A stretch of 64,000 nt of DNA from Streptosporangiaceae bacterium (GTDB lineage Bacteria > Actinomycetota > Actinomycetes > Streptosporangiales > Streptosporangiaceae), in assembly GCA_036558005.1 (NCBI GenBank), contig DATBGO010000144.1:12004-76003 (forward strand), in the 5' to 3' direction. Position 1 is the stretch's first letter. Each line of letters begins with the position of its first letter. Positions 17,046 to 25,489 of the stretch are shown piece by piece. The position numbers and the translations under genes were made by a program. Under the pieces are notes generated by a model. That model was not told where the DNA came from. It did not search any database and saw only the letters and a program-made list of their open reading frames with translations.

Positions 17046-17800
17046 GCCCGCCGTCCCGCCGGGCCGGCCAGCTCGTGCACCAGGTAGCTGGCCACTTCGC
17101 CGGGCGTGGTGCCGCGGCCGAAGATCTTGTCGACGCCGAGCCCGGCGGCCATCCCGGGGTCGAACCTGGGCCCGCCGACCACCAGCAGCGGGCGGCGGCC
17201 GCCCGCGCCGCCGAACGCGGCCGACAGCTCGCGCGCGTTCGACAGGTGCGCGTCCCGCTGGGTGACGACCTGGCTGACCAGGACGGCGTCGGCCCGCTCG
17301 GCCCGCGCCCTGGCGACCAGGTCGGCGACGTCCACCTGCGCTCCGAGGTTGATCACCCGCATCTCCCGGTAGTACTCCAGGCCCTTCTCGCCCGCGTGGC
17401 CCTTGACGTTCAGGATGGCATCGATGCCGACGGTGTGCGCGTCGGTGCCGATGCACGCGCCGAGCACCACCAGCTTGCGGCCGAGGGCGGACCGGATCGC
17501 CAGGTTGGCTTCCCTGGCCGACAGCAGCGGGTACTCCCGCTCGGTCACGCTCACCTGGTCCAGGTCGACCAGGTGCCGCACCTGGCCGTAGACGATGCAG
17601 AAGGTGAAGTCGGGCCCGACCGGCTTGGCGTGCACCACCATCGCGTTGTCCAGGCCCATCTTGGCCGCCAGCTGCAGCGCCGCGCCCTCGGCCCTGGCCC
17701 GCTGGCTGGCGTCGGCGGCCGGGACCGGCAGGGTGAACGACAGCTGCACCCGCCCGTCCCCGGTGGTGTCGCCGTAGGGCCTGATGATCGTGGCGGTCAT
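17042..17800 (-). CDS. kamE: Lysine 5,6-aminomutase beta subunit (B12/PLP-binding)
   Basis: MTATIIRPYGDTTGDGRVQLSFTLPV, a B12-binding Rossmann block VVLGACIGTDAHTVGIDAI, and the RPLLVVGGPR tail. ATGA overlap with the kamD stop. Confidence 0.85.
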   Translation of the reverse strand: MTATIIRPYGDTTGDGRVQLSFTLPVPAADASQRARAEGAALQLAAKMGLDNAMVVHAKPVGPDFTFCIVYGQVRHLVDLDQVSVTEREYPLLSAREANLAIRSALGRKLVVLGACIGTDAHTVGIDAILNVKGHAGEKGLEYYREMRVINLGAQVDVADLVARARAERADAVLVSQVVTQRDAHLSNARELSAAFGGAGGRRPLLVVGGPRFDPGMAAGLGVDKIFGRGTTPGEVASYLVHELAGPAGRRA

Positions 17801-19404
17801 GCCCGCGCTCCGTCCTGGGCGGCCGCGGCGGGCGGCCCGGCAGCCAGCAGCTCGGCCGCCGGGTTGAAGTACCCCTCGGCCTGCTCGATCACGCCGTCCA
17901 GGCCGCGGCCGCCGTCGGCGGGGCGCCTGGTGATCCCGAACGTCCCGGCCGCGATGGCGTGCAGCAGCCCCTCGTCGCAGATCCGGCGCAGCAGCCGGAC
18001 CGCCTCGTCGAGCACCTCGCTGGCCCGCCGCTCGATGAAGCCGCCAGGGGCCGGGCAGAAGTTCTCGCCGAGCCGCCCGGCGGCCTCCCTGACGTAGCGC
18101 ACGTTCTCGATCGCCAGGTCGCGGTCGGACAGGAACGGGGTGTGGATGCCCTCGGTCATCATGCCGACCAGCAGGATCGACTGGCCGGTCATCAGGCCGC
18201 ACAGGTTGAAGAACGCGTCCAGCAGGTAGCCGGCGAACACGTTGCCGGTCATGTGCTTGGTCGGCGGCATGTACTTCAGCGGCGCGTCCGGGAACAGCTC
18301 GCGGACCAGCTGGGCGTGCGCGAGCTCCAGCAGGAACGAGTCGGGCACCGCCGGGCTGATCTCGAACGCGTGCCCGAGGCCGAGCTGACCGTCGGCCAGG
18401 CCGGCTTCCTTGCCGAAGAACTCGTTCAGCAGCTGGGACACGATCACGGTGTGCGCGGCGTCGACGGCGTCGGCGGTGGTCAGGTAGTTGTCCTCGCCGG
18501 TGTTGATGATGATCCCGGCCCGGGCGTGCACCTGCCGGGAGAACCGCTGGTCGATGAAGGTCCGGCGGGGGTTGATGTCGCGGAAGATGATGCCGTACAT
18601 GCAGTCGTTGAGCATCATGTCCAGCCGCTCCAGCCCGGCCAGGGCGGCGATCTCGGGCATGCACAGCCCGGAGGCGTAGTTGGTCAGCCGGACGTAGCGG
18701 CCGAGCTCGCGCGAGGCCTGGTCCAGGGCGGCCCGCATCAGCCGGAAGTTCTCCCTGGTCGCGTACGTGCCCGCGAAGCCTTCGGTGGTGGCGCCCTCGG
18801 GCACGTAGTCCAGCAGCGACTGCCCGGTGGAGCGGATCACCGCGATGATGTCGGCGCCCTCCCGCGCCGCCGCCTGGGCCTGCGGGATGTCCTCGTGGAT
18901 GTCCCCGGTCGCGACGATCAGGTAGATCCACGGCCGGGGCGGGTCGGCGGTATGGGCGATCATCTGCTGGCGCCGCTCGCGCTGGGCGTCGATGGTGGCC
19001 AGGCCAGCCCGGACCGCCGTGGTGGCGGCCGCGGCGGCCCTGGCCGCGTCGGCTCCGTCGGGGATCCGGAACTTGACCCGGCCGTGCGCGGCGTCGGCGG
19101 CCAGGGCGGCCAGCCCGTCGTAGCCGCCGGCCTGCAGCGCGTCCCAGGCCGGCAGCGCGATGCCGTGCTCCAGCCCGGCGGTGTCGCGGATCGCGTCGGC
19201 CAGCCGGTTGACCCAGGGCATCCCGTCCGGGTCGGCCCCGTCCAGCCCGGCCAGCCTGAGCACGGCCCGCTCGACCGAGACGGTGGTGTGCGAGGTGGCC
19301 AGGTCGACGATCGGCTGCCCGGCCCGGCGGGCCAGCGCGCGCGCCTCGCGCACGACCGCGGGGTCGAGGCCGAGCTTTCCGGCCTTCGGGTTACCGCTGT
19401 CCAT
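17797..19404 (-). CDS. kamD: Lysine 5,6-aminomutase alpha subunit
   Basis: LGLDPAVVREARALA...PIVDLATSHTTVSVERAVLRLAGLDG...YATRENFRLMR...NDCMYGIIFRDINP. 535 aa, the TIM-barrel subunit pattern of D-lysine/beta-lysine 5,6-aminomutase. Confidence 0.85.
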   Translation of the reverse strand: MDSGNPKAGKLGLDPAVVREARALARRAGQPIVDLATSHTTVSVERAVLRLAGLDGADPDGMPWVNRLADAIRDTAGLEHGIALPAWDALQAGGYDGLAALAADAAHGRVKFRIPDGADAARAAAAATTAVRAGLATIDAQRERRQQMIAHTADPPRPWIYLIVATGDIHEDIPQAQAAAREGADIIAVIRSTGQSLLDYVPEGATTEGFAGTYATRENFRLMRAALDQASRELGRYVRLTNYASGLCMPEIAALAGLERLDMMLNDCMYGIIFRDINPRRTFIDQRFSRQVHARAGIIINTGEDNYLTTADAVDAAHTVIVSQLLNEFFGKEAGLADGQLGLGHAFEISPAVPDSFLLELAHAQLVRELFPDAPLKYMPPTKHMTGNVFAGYLLDAFFNLCGLMTGQSILLVGMMTEGIHTPFLSDRDLAIENVRYVREAAGRLGENFCPAPGGFIERRASEVLDEAVRLLRRICDEGLLHAIAAGTFGITRRPADGGRGLDGVIEQAEGYFNPAAELLAAGPPAAAAQDGARA

Positions 19405-20524
19405 CGCGTTCCTCTCCCTGCTCGGCTGGCTGCCCGGCGCGGCCGCCGCGGGCGGCCGCGGGCACCCGGCGCTCGAACAGCGCCCGGACGCCGGCCTCCG
19501 CCCTGATCAGGTCCAGGGCCAGCCTGGCATGGCCGGGCACGTAACCGTTGCCTACCAGCATCGTGACATCCGCGGCGACCCCCTCCGCGCCCAGTGCCGC
19601 CGCGGTGAACGAGGTGGCCATCGAGAAGAAGATCACGGTGCCGCCGGCCGCGGTGGACAAGATCGCGCCGCCCTCGCAGCCGGGCACGTCGACGCAGACG
19701 ACGCTCACGTCGGCCGGGCCGCCCGCGGCGGCGACCGCGGCGCTGACCGCGACCGGGTCGCGGGCGTCGGCGACGACCACCTCGTCGGCCAGGCCCGCGG
19801 CGGCCAGCAGGTCCGCCTCGTCCCCGGACGGCACCACGCCGATGACGTGCCCGGCGCCGGCCCGGCGGGCCGCGGCCGCGGACAGGCTGCCGCTCTTGCC
19901 CGCCGCGCCGAGCACCGCGACCACCGGGCGGCGCCGCCCGCCGCGGGCGGCGGCCCGCGCCACCACCCGGTGCGTCAGCGCGGGCGCGCCGCAGACGTCC
20001 AGCACCGCCAGGGCCAGCGGCCCGGGCAGGTCGGCGGGCAGCACCGCCGCGATCGACCGGCCGAACAAGATCGCGTGCCCGGCGCAGGGCACCTGCTCGG
20101 ACCGGCCGTCCCAGCCGGCCAGCCCGTCGGTGATCACCAGCGGGGTCAGGCTGAGCGACACCAGGGTCGCGACCTGGTCGCCGGGCGTGAGCCCGAGCGG
20201 CGAGTCCGGGCCCGCCTCCGCCACCTGCCCGGTCAGCATCCCGCCGGACCCGGTGACCGGGTTCTGCATCTTGCCCCGGCTGGCCACGATGTCCAGGACC
20301 GCCGCCCGCACCCGCGCCTGGTCGCCGCCGCCGGCCTCGGTGAGCTGCCGGAACGACGCGGCGTCCAGGTTCAGCCTGGTGACGTCCACCCGTACCTCGT
20401 CGGGCCAGATCCCCGGGCTGGCGTCCAGCCGCCAGGCGGCCTGCGGCAGCACCCCGGCCGGCTCCAGCACCCGGTGCAGGCCGAGCGGAGAGCCCGCGGA
20501 TCGCCTGGCCTGCGGTCGGCTCAC
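19391..20524 (-). CDS. kdd: L-erythro-3,5-diaminohexanoate dehydrogenase
   Basis: GLHRVLEPAGVLPQAAWRLD...NLDAASFRQL...GKMQNPVTGSGGML is followed by a Rossmann VAVLGAAGKSG. I prefer GTG 20524 (AAGGGGGAG just upstream). 14-nt overlap with kamD. Confidence 0.8.
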   Translation of the reverse strand: MSRPQARRSAGSPLGLHRVLEPAGVLPQAAWRLDASPGIWPDEVRVDVTRLNLDAASFRQLTEAGGGDQARVRAAVLDIVASRGKMQNPVTGSGGMLTGQVAEAGPDSPLGLTPGDQVATLVSLSLTPLVITDGLAGWDGRSEQVPCAGHAILFGRSIAAVLPADLPGPLALAVLDVCGAPALTHRVVARAAARGGRRRPVVAVLGAAGKSGSLSAAAARRAGAGHVIGVVPSGDEADLLAAAGLADEVVVADARDPVAVSAAVAAAGGPADVSVVCVDVPGCEGGAILSTAAGGTVIFFSMATSFTAAALGAEGVAADVTMLVGNGYVPGHARLALDLIRAEAGVRALFERRVPAAARGGRAGQPAEQGEERDGQR

Positions 20525-20716
20525 GTACTCCCCCTTCTCTGCTTCAGGCTCGACGCGGCCGGCCCGGACCGGCCGCGGCGGCGCCACGGGCCTACCAGCA
20601 CGATCCGGTAGAATTTCCTGCGTCGAACTATACAGTCGCGAGCTTCTTGCGTAACCCGCCGGGTTTGCTGGCTATCGTTGCGCTGACAGCGAGCTGCGAG
20701 GGGCAGGTAAATCGAC

Positions 20717-22102
20717 ATGATCGAACAGCCTTACTCCTACCGGCACAGCGAGCTGGCCGAGCCGGACTGGCGGCGGCTGCCCGGCTGGGCGGACGTCAGC
20801 GAGGCGGACTGGGAGTCCGCGCAGTGGCAGCGCGCGCACTGCGTGAAGAACATCCGCCAGCTGCGCCAGCTGCTCGGCCCGGGCCTGTCCGATGGCTTCT
20901 GCGCCGACCTGGAGCGTGACCAGCAGCAGCGGGCCACCATGTCGATGCTGGTGACGCCGCAGATGCTCAGCACCATGGTGCCAGGCGGCGACCCGGCGCG
21001 GCCCGGCTTCACCGACGCGTTCTACGCCGACCCGGTGCGCCGGTACATGATCCCGGTGTTCAGCGACCGGCGGACCGACTGGCCCTCGCACCCGGAGGCG
21101 TCCAGGGACTCGCTGCACGAGGCGGAGATGTGGGCGGTCGAGGGGCTGACCCACCGGTACCCGACCAAGGTGCTCGCCGAGGTGCTGCCGACCTGCCCGC
21201 AGTACTGCGGTCACTGCACCAGGATGGACCTGGTCGGCAACCCCACCCCGGTGACCGGCAAGCACAAGTTCGGGCTGGCCCGCGACGACCGGCTGACCGC
21301 GATGATCGAGTACCTGCACGCCACCCCCGGGGTGCGTGACGTGGTGGTGTCCGGCGGCGACGTCGCCAACCTGCCCTGGCCGCGGCTGGAGGCGTTCGTG
21401 TCCCGGCTGCTCGAGGTGCCCAGCATCCGCGACATCAGGCTGGCCACCAAGGCGCTGATGGGGCTGCCGCAGTACTGGCTGTCGGATGAGGTGCGGGCGG
21501 GCATGCAGCGGCTGGCCGCCGTCGCCAGGAAGCAGGACGTGAGCATCGCCATCCACACCCACGTGAACGCGGCGCAGTCGGTCACCCCGCTGGTGGCCAG
21601 GGCCGCCAAGGCGATGCTGGAGACCGGCATCAGGGATGTCAGGAACCAGGGGGTGCTGCTGCGCGGCACCAACGACAGCGCGGCCGCCCTGCTGGACCTG
21701 TGCTTCGTGCTGCTGGACGACGCGAAGATCAGCCCGTACTACTTCTACATGTGCGACATGATCCCGAACAGCGAGCACTGGCGGCTGACCCTGGCCGAGG
21801 CGCAGCAGCTGCAGCACCAGATCATGGGCTACCTGCCCGGGTTCGCCACCCCGCGGCTGCTGTGCGACGTGCCCTACGTCGGCAAGCGGTGGGTGCACCA
21901 GGTGGCCAGGTACGACACCGAGCGGGGCATCTCGTACTGGACCAAGAACTACCGCACCGGGGTCGAGGCCGGCGATCCGCTGGCGCTGGTGCGCGAGTAC
22001 CGGTACTACGACCCGATCCACCTGCTGCCCGCGCAGGGTCAGCAGTGGTGGCGGTCGCAGCGTCCCGGGCGGGGCCAGCAGGCCGACATGGCCACCGCCT
22101 AG
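20717..22102 (+). CDS. kamA: Lysine 2,3-aminomutase (radical SAM, KamA family)
   Basis: Radical-SAM CPQYCGHCTRMD (CxxxCxxC), SGGDVANLPW, YYFYMCDMIPNSEHWR, PRLLCDVPYVGKRW. 461 aa, so the long KamA type rather than the short EpmB type. Confidence 0.9.
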   Translation: MIEQPYSYRHSELAEPDWRRLPGWADVSEADWESAQWQRAHCVKNIRQLRQLLGPGLSDGFCADLERDQQQRATMSMLVTPQMLSTMVPGGDPARPGFTDAFYADPVRRYMIPVFSDRRTDWPSHPEASRDSLHEAEMWAVEGLTHRYPTKVLAEVLPTCPQYCGHCTRMDLVGNPTPVTGKHKFGLARDDRLTAMIEYLHATPGVRDVVVSGGDVANLPWPRLEAFVSRLLEVPSIRDIRLATKALMGLPQYWLSDEVRAGMQRLAAVARKQDVSIAIHTHVNAAQSVTPLVARAAKAMLETGIRDVRNQGVLLRGTNDSAAALLDLCFVLLDDAKISPYYFYMCDMIPNSEHWRLTLAEAQQLQHQIMGYLPGFATPRLLCDVPYVGKRWVHQVARYDTERGISYWTKNYRTGVEAGDPLALVREYRYYDPIHLLPAQGQQWWRSQRPGRGQQADMATA

Positions 22103-22953
22103 CCGGCCCGCTCGCCGCCGCTGCTGCTGCTCACCGGCTCTGGCCCGGCGTCGCCGCGCGGCGGGCCCGGCCGCCGCCGCTGGCTGAGCAGGAACCAGGC
22201 GATCCCGGCCACGGTGAGCACCAGCGCGACGAAGAAGTTCAGCCGCAGCCCGAGGAAGTGCTCGGAGGAGTCGATCCGGACCGACTCCTCGAAGATCCGG
22301 AACGCCGAGTAGCCGGTTACGTACAGCGCGAACAGCCCCGGCGGCCTGATCCGGGTGTGGTGGCCCAGCCACACCAGCGCCGCGGCCAGCGCCAGGTCGA
22401 AGATCAGCTCGTACAGGAAGGTGGGCTGGAACGTGCTGACGGCGTGGTACCCGGCGGGCCGGAACGCCGGGTCGATCTGCAGCCCCCAGGGCAGGCTCGT
22501 GGGCCGGCCGAACAGCTCCTGGTTGAAGTAGTTCCCGATCCGGCCGACCGCCTGCGCCACCAGCAGCGCGGGAGCGACCGCGTCGGCGAACGCGGCCACG
22601 CTGCTGCGGGCCTTGCGGACCCGCCACACCCCGGCCGCGGCGCCCGCCGCGATGCCGCCCCAGACGCCCAGCCCGCCTGACCAGACCGCGAACACCCCCC
22701 ACCAGGTGTGCGGCATGATGTCGCCGGGCGTGGTGATGTCGAAGTAGAGCCGCCCGCCGATGATGCCGGCCGGCACCGCCCAGGTGGCCACGTCGGCGAC
22801 CAGCCCGGGGTCACCGCCGGCCGCCCGCCAGCGGCGCCGGGTGATGATGATCGCGAGCGCGATCCCGACCACGTACATCAGCCCGTAGAAGTGGATGAAC
22901 GCGGGGCCGATGTGGAACCCGTTCACCGGCGGGCTGGGGATGTGCAGCGCCAT
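22099..22953 (-). CDS. lgt: Prolipoprotein diacylglyceryl transferase
   Basis: GPAFIHFYGLMYVVGIALAI...GGRLYF...WSGGLGVWGGI...QAVGRIGNYFNQELFGRPT are Lgt motifs. Start ATG 22953. The stop overlaps the kamA stop in the palindrome CTAG. Confidence 0.9.
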   Translation of the reverse strand: MALHIPSPPVNGFHIGPAFIHFYGLMYVVGIALAIIITRRRWRAAGGDPGLVADVATWAVPAGIIGGRLYFDITTPGDIMPHTWWGVFAVWSGGLGVWGGIAAGAAAGVWRVRKARSSVAAFADAVAPALLVAQAVGRIGNYFNQELFGRPTSLPWGLQIDPAFRPAGYHAVSTFQPTFLYELIFDLALAAALVWLGHHTRIRPPGLFALYVTGYSAFRIFEESVRIDSSEHFLGLRLNFFVALVLTVAGIAWFLLSQRRRPGPPRGDAGPEPVSSSSGGERAG

Positions 22954-23030
22954 GGCACCGAGGGTAGACCAGCCGCGGCCCGGCACCGGCCGCGGCGGCG
23001 CGCCAGCGCGGCATCGGCTAGGGTGCAGCC

Positions 23031-23690
23031 GTGACCCGTCGCAGCGAGCAGCTCAGCCCGGAACTGCACGACTACCTGGTCGCCGCGAGCACCCCGCCCG
23101 ACGAGGTGCTGCGCGACCTGGCCGAGGAGACCGCGCGCCGCTATCCGGACGCGGCCGGCATGCAGATCGGCCCCGAGCAGGGCACGTTCATGACGCTGCT
23201 GGCCCGGATCGGGCGGGCCAGCGCCGGGATCGAGGTCGGCACCTTCACCGGCTACTCCTCGATCTGCCTGGCCCGCGGGCTGGCGCCGGGCGGCAGGCTG
23301 CTGTGCTGCGACGTGAGCGAGGAGTGGACCTCGGTGGCGCGCCGGTACTGGCAGCGCGCCGGGCTGGAGCGCCAGATCGAGCTGCGGCTCGGCCCGGCCC
23401 TGGACACGCTGCGGGCGCTGCCCGCCGGGGCCGCGTTCGACCTGGCGTTCATCGACGCCGACAAGGCCGGCTACACCGGCTACTGGGACGAGATCGTGCC
23501 GCGGATCCGGCCGGGCGGGTTCATCCTGGCCGACAACACGCTCTCGCACGGCCGGGTCGTGCAGCCGGAGGAGCAGGACGCGAACGTCCGCGGGATCCGC
23601 GATTTCAACGCCAGGGCCCGCGCCGACGGCCGTGTTGACCTTGTCCTGCTGCCGGTCGGCGACGGCCTCACCCTGGCATTCAGGAAATAA
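23031..23690 (+). CDS. Class I SAM-dependent O-methyltransferase (caffeoyl-CoA OMT-like)
   Basis: LHDYLVAAS..PDEVL..L.EET...GMQIGPEQGTFMTLLARI, EVGTFTGYSSICLA, FIDADKAGYTGYWD, ADNTLSHGRV. Confidence 0.85.
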   Translation: MTRRSEQLSPELHDYLVAASTPPDEVLRDLAEETARRYPDAAGMQIGPEQGTFMTLLARIGRASAGIEVGTFTGYSSICLARGLAPGGRLLCCDVSEEWTSVARRYWQRAGLERQIELRLGPALDTLRALPAGAAFDLAFIDADKAGYTGYWDEIVPRIRPGGFILADNTLSHGRVVQPEEQDANVRGIRDFNARARADGRVDLVLLPVGDGLTLAFRK

Positions 23691-23762
23691 CGGGGCACCG
23701 GCGTTATCTCGGTCCGCTGACATGGGCACGATGGCGTTCGCGGATCGGTACGATGTCCCGCT

Positions 23763-24137
23763 ATGGCGGCATTGTTCAACCGGATCATTCCGATCCTGTT
23801 CGTCAGCGACCTTGAGGCTGAACGGGACTTCTATGTCCGCCTTGGTTTCCACGTCACCTACGAGGGCCCCGAATACCCCGACTTCACCGCGCTCGGCCAC
23901 GGCCCGGTCGAGTTCGGCCTCGAGCGCAAGCCCGGGTTCAACAGCGAGCGTCCCGACCAGGTGCTCGCCTGGCAGTTCGGGGTGTCCGACATCGAGCACG
24001 CCAAGCAGCAGCTGAAGGAAGCCGGGGTGCCCTTCACCGAGCAGCTGATGACGCCCACCGAGGACTGGCAGTACCGGCTGCTGCACGCCCGCACCCCCAA
24101 CGGCTATCACTTGCTGCTGGAAGAGGGCAGCGACTAG
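23763..24137 (+). CDS. VOC/glyoxalase-bleomycin resistance family protein
   Basis: 124 aa. IIPILFVSDLEAERDFYVRLGF ... FGVSDIEHAKQQLKEAGV ... DPNGYHLLL-type ending (TPNGYHLLLEE). Confidence 0.8.
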   Translation: MAALFNRIIPILFVSDLEAERDFYVRLGFHVTYEGPEYPDFTALGHGPVEFGLERKPGFNSERPDQVLAWQFGVSDIEHAKQQLKEAGVPFTEQLMTPTEDWQYRLLHARTPNGYHLLLEEGSD

Positions 24138-24208
24138 CGCCGCGCTGGGCGACAATGACGGGTGGCCGCGGCCGCCGGGCCGCGGCGCCAGCCAGCGCGG
24201 GAGGGCCG

Positions 24209-24994
24209 ATGGGCGCGTCGACGGATCCGGTGTACCTGCGGGTCCTGGAGGACCTGCGCGGCCGGATCCTGGACGGCGTGCTGGCGCCTGGCGCCCGGGT
24301 GCCGTCCAGGAACGCGATCATCGCCAGGTACGGGGTCGGCGAGACCGCCGCCAAGCACGCCCTGCAGGTGCTGGCGACCGAGGGGCTGATCGAGGCCAGG
24401 GCGGGCTCGGGGTCCTACGTGCGGGAGGTGCCCGCGTCCGGGTACTTAGACCATGACCGGCTGCACTTCCCCGGCTCCCCGTTCGGCCTCAGCGAGCCGG
24501 CCGGCCGCCCCGGCGCGGCCGCCCCGCCCCCGGTCCGGCTCGCCTGGGAGCATCAGAGCGAGCTGCTGCCCGCGCCCGGGCACATCGCCAGGCGGCTGGG
24601 CCTGGACCCGGCCGGCGACAAGGTCATGGCCACCAGGTACCTGCTCAGCGCGGACGGGGAGCCGGTCCAGCTGGCGGTCAGCTACGAGCCGGCCAGGCTC
24701 ACCGCGCAGACCCCGGTCGCCGAGCCGGAGCAGGGCCCGCTGGCGGGCCGCGGGGTGATCGAGCGGATGGCGTCGATCGGGATCACGGTGGACCAGGTGG
24801 CGGAGGAGATATCGGTGCGGCCCGCGCTGTGCGCGGAGGCGGGCGCGCTGGCGGTGCCGCCCGGCGCGCCGGTGCTGCTGGTCGAGCGGCTGCACCTGGC
24901 CGGAGAGCGGCCGGTGGAGGCCGGCGAGATCGTCATCGCCGCGGAGCGGTTCCGGCTGCGCTACCGCACCGCGGTGCCGGCCCCGGCGCCATGA
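24209..24994 (+). CDS. GntR-family regulator with UTRA effector domain (HutC-like)
   Basis: VYLRVLEDLRGRILDGVLAPGARVPSRNAIIARYGVGETAAKHALQVLATEGLIEARAGSGSYV. GGGAGGG RBS precedes ATG 24209. Confidence 0.85.
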   Translation: MGASTDPVYLRVLEDLRGRILDGVLAPGARVPSRNAIIARYGVGETAAKHALQVLATEGLIEARAGSGSYVREVPASGYLDHDRLHFPGSPFGLSEPAGRPGAAAPPPVRLAWEHQSELLPAPGHIARRLGLDPAGDKVMATRYLLSADGEPVQLAVSYEPARLTAQTPVAEPEQGPLAGRGVIERMASIGITVDQVAEEISVRPALCAEAGALAVPPGAPVLLVERLHLAGERPVEAGEIVIAAERFRLRYRTAVPAPAP

Positions 24995-25467
24995 TCAGGC
25001 CAGCCGTCCGGGCCGACGTGCCCGGCATCTGCCGGCTGATCCGCGAGCTGGCCGAGTACGAGCGGTCCGGGCACGAGGTCACCGGGACCGAGGACGACCT
25101 GGCCGCCGCCCTGTTCGGCCCGGCGCCCGCGGTGTACGCGCACGTCGCCGAGCACGAGGGCGAGCTGGCCGGGTTCGCGCTGTGGTTCCTCAACTACTCC
25201 ACCTGGCTCGGCCGTCACGGCATCTACCTGGAGGACCTGTACGTCACGCCGCAGCTGCGCGGGCACGGCTACGGCCGGGCGCTGCTGGCCGAGCTGGCGG
25301 GCCTGTGCGCGGACCGGGGCTACGGCAGGCTGGAATGGTGGGTGCTGGACTGGAATTCACCCGCGATCGGCTTCTACGCCAGCCTGGGCGCCGAGCCGAT
25401 GGACGAGTGGACGGTGCACCGGCTGACGGGACCCGCGCTGCGCGCGCTCGCGGCCCGGCGCGGCTAG
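24991..25467 (+). CDS. GNAT acetyltransferase (diamine/spermidine N-acetyltransferase-like)
   Basis: IRPAVRADVPGICRLIRELAEYE...GFALWFLNYSTWLGRHGIYLEDLYV.PQLRGHGYGRALL...LEWWVLDWNSPAIGFY. ATGA overlap with the gntR stop. Confidence 0.85.
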   Translation: MIRPAVRADVPGICRLIRELAEYERSGHEVTGTEDDLAAALFGPAPAVYAHVAEHEGELAGFALWFLNYSTWLGRHGIYLEDLYVTPQLRGHGYGRALLAELAGLCADRGYGRLEWWVLDWNSPAIGFYASLGAEPMDEWTVHRLTGPALRALAARRG

Positions 25468-25489
25468 CCGGCGCGTGCGACGATGAGGC

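Noticed and set aside
20525-20716. Lysine (L-box) riboswitch or other leader RNA between kdd and kamA.
   Set aside because: After subtracting two divergent promoters (TAGAAT at 20609-20614 for kamA), the leader is only about 95 nt. I could not find the multi-stem architecture or conserved L-box junction sequences. Only weak short hairpins are present.
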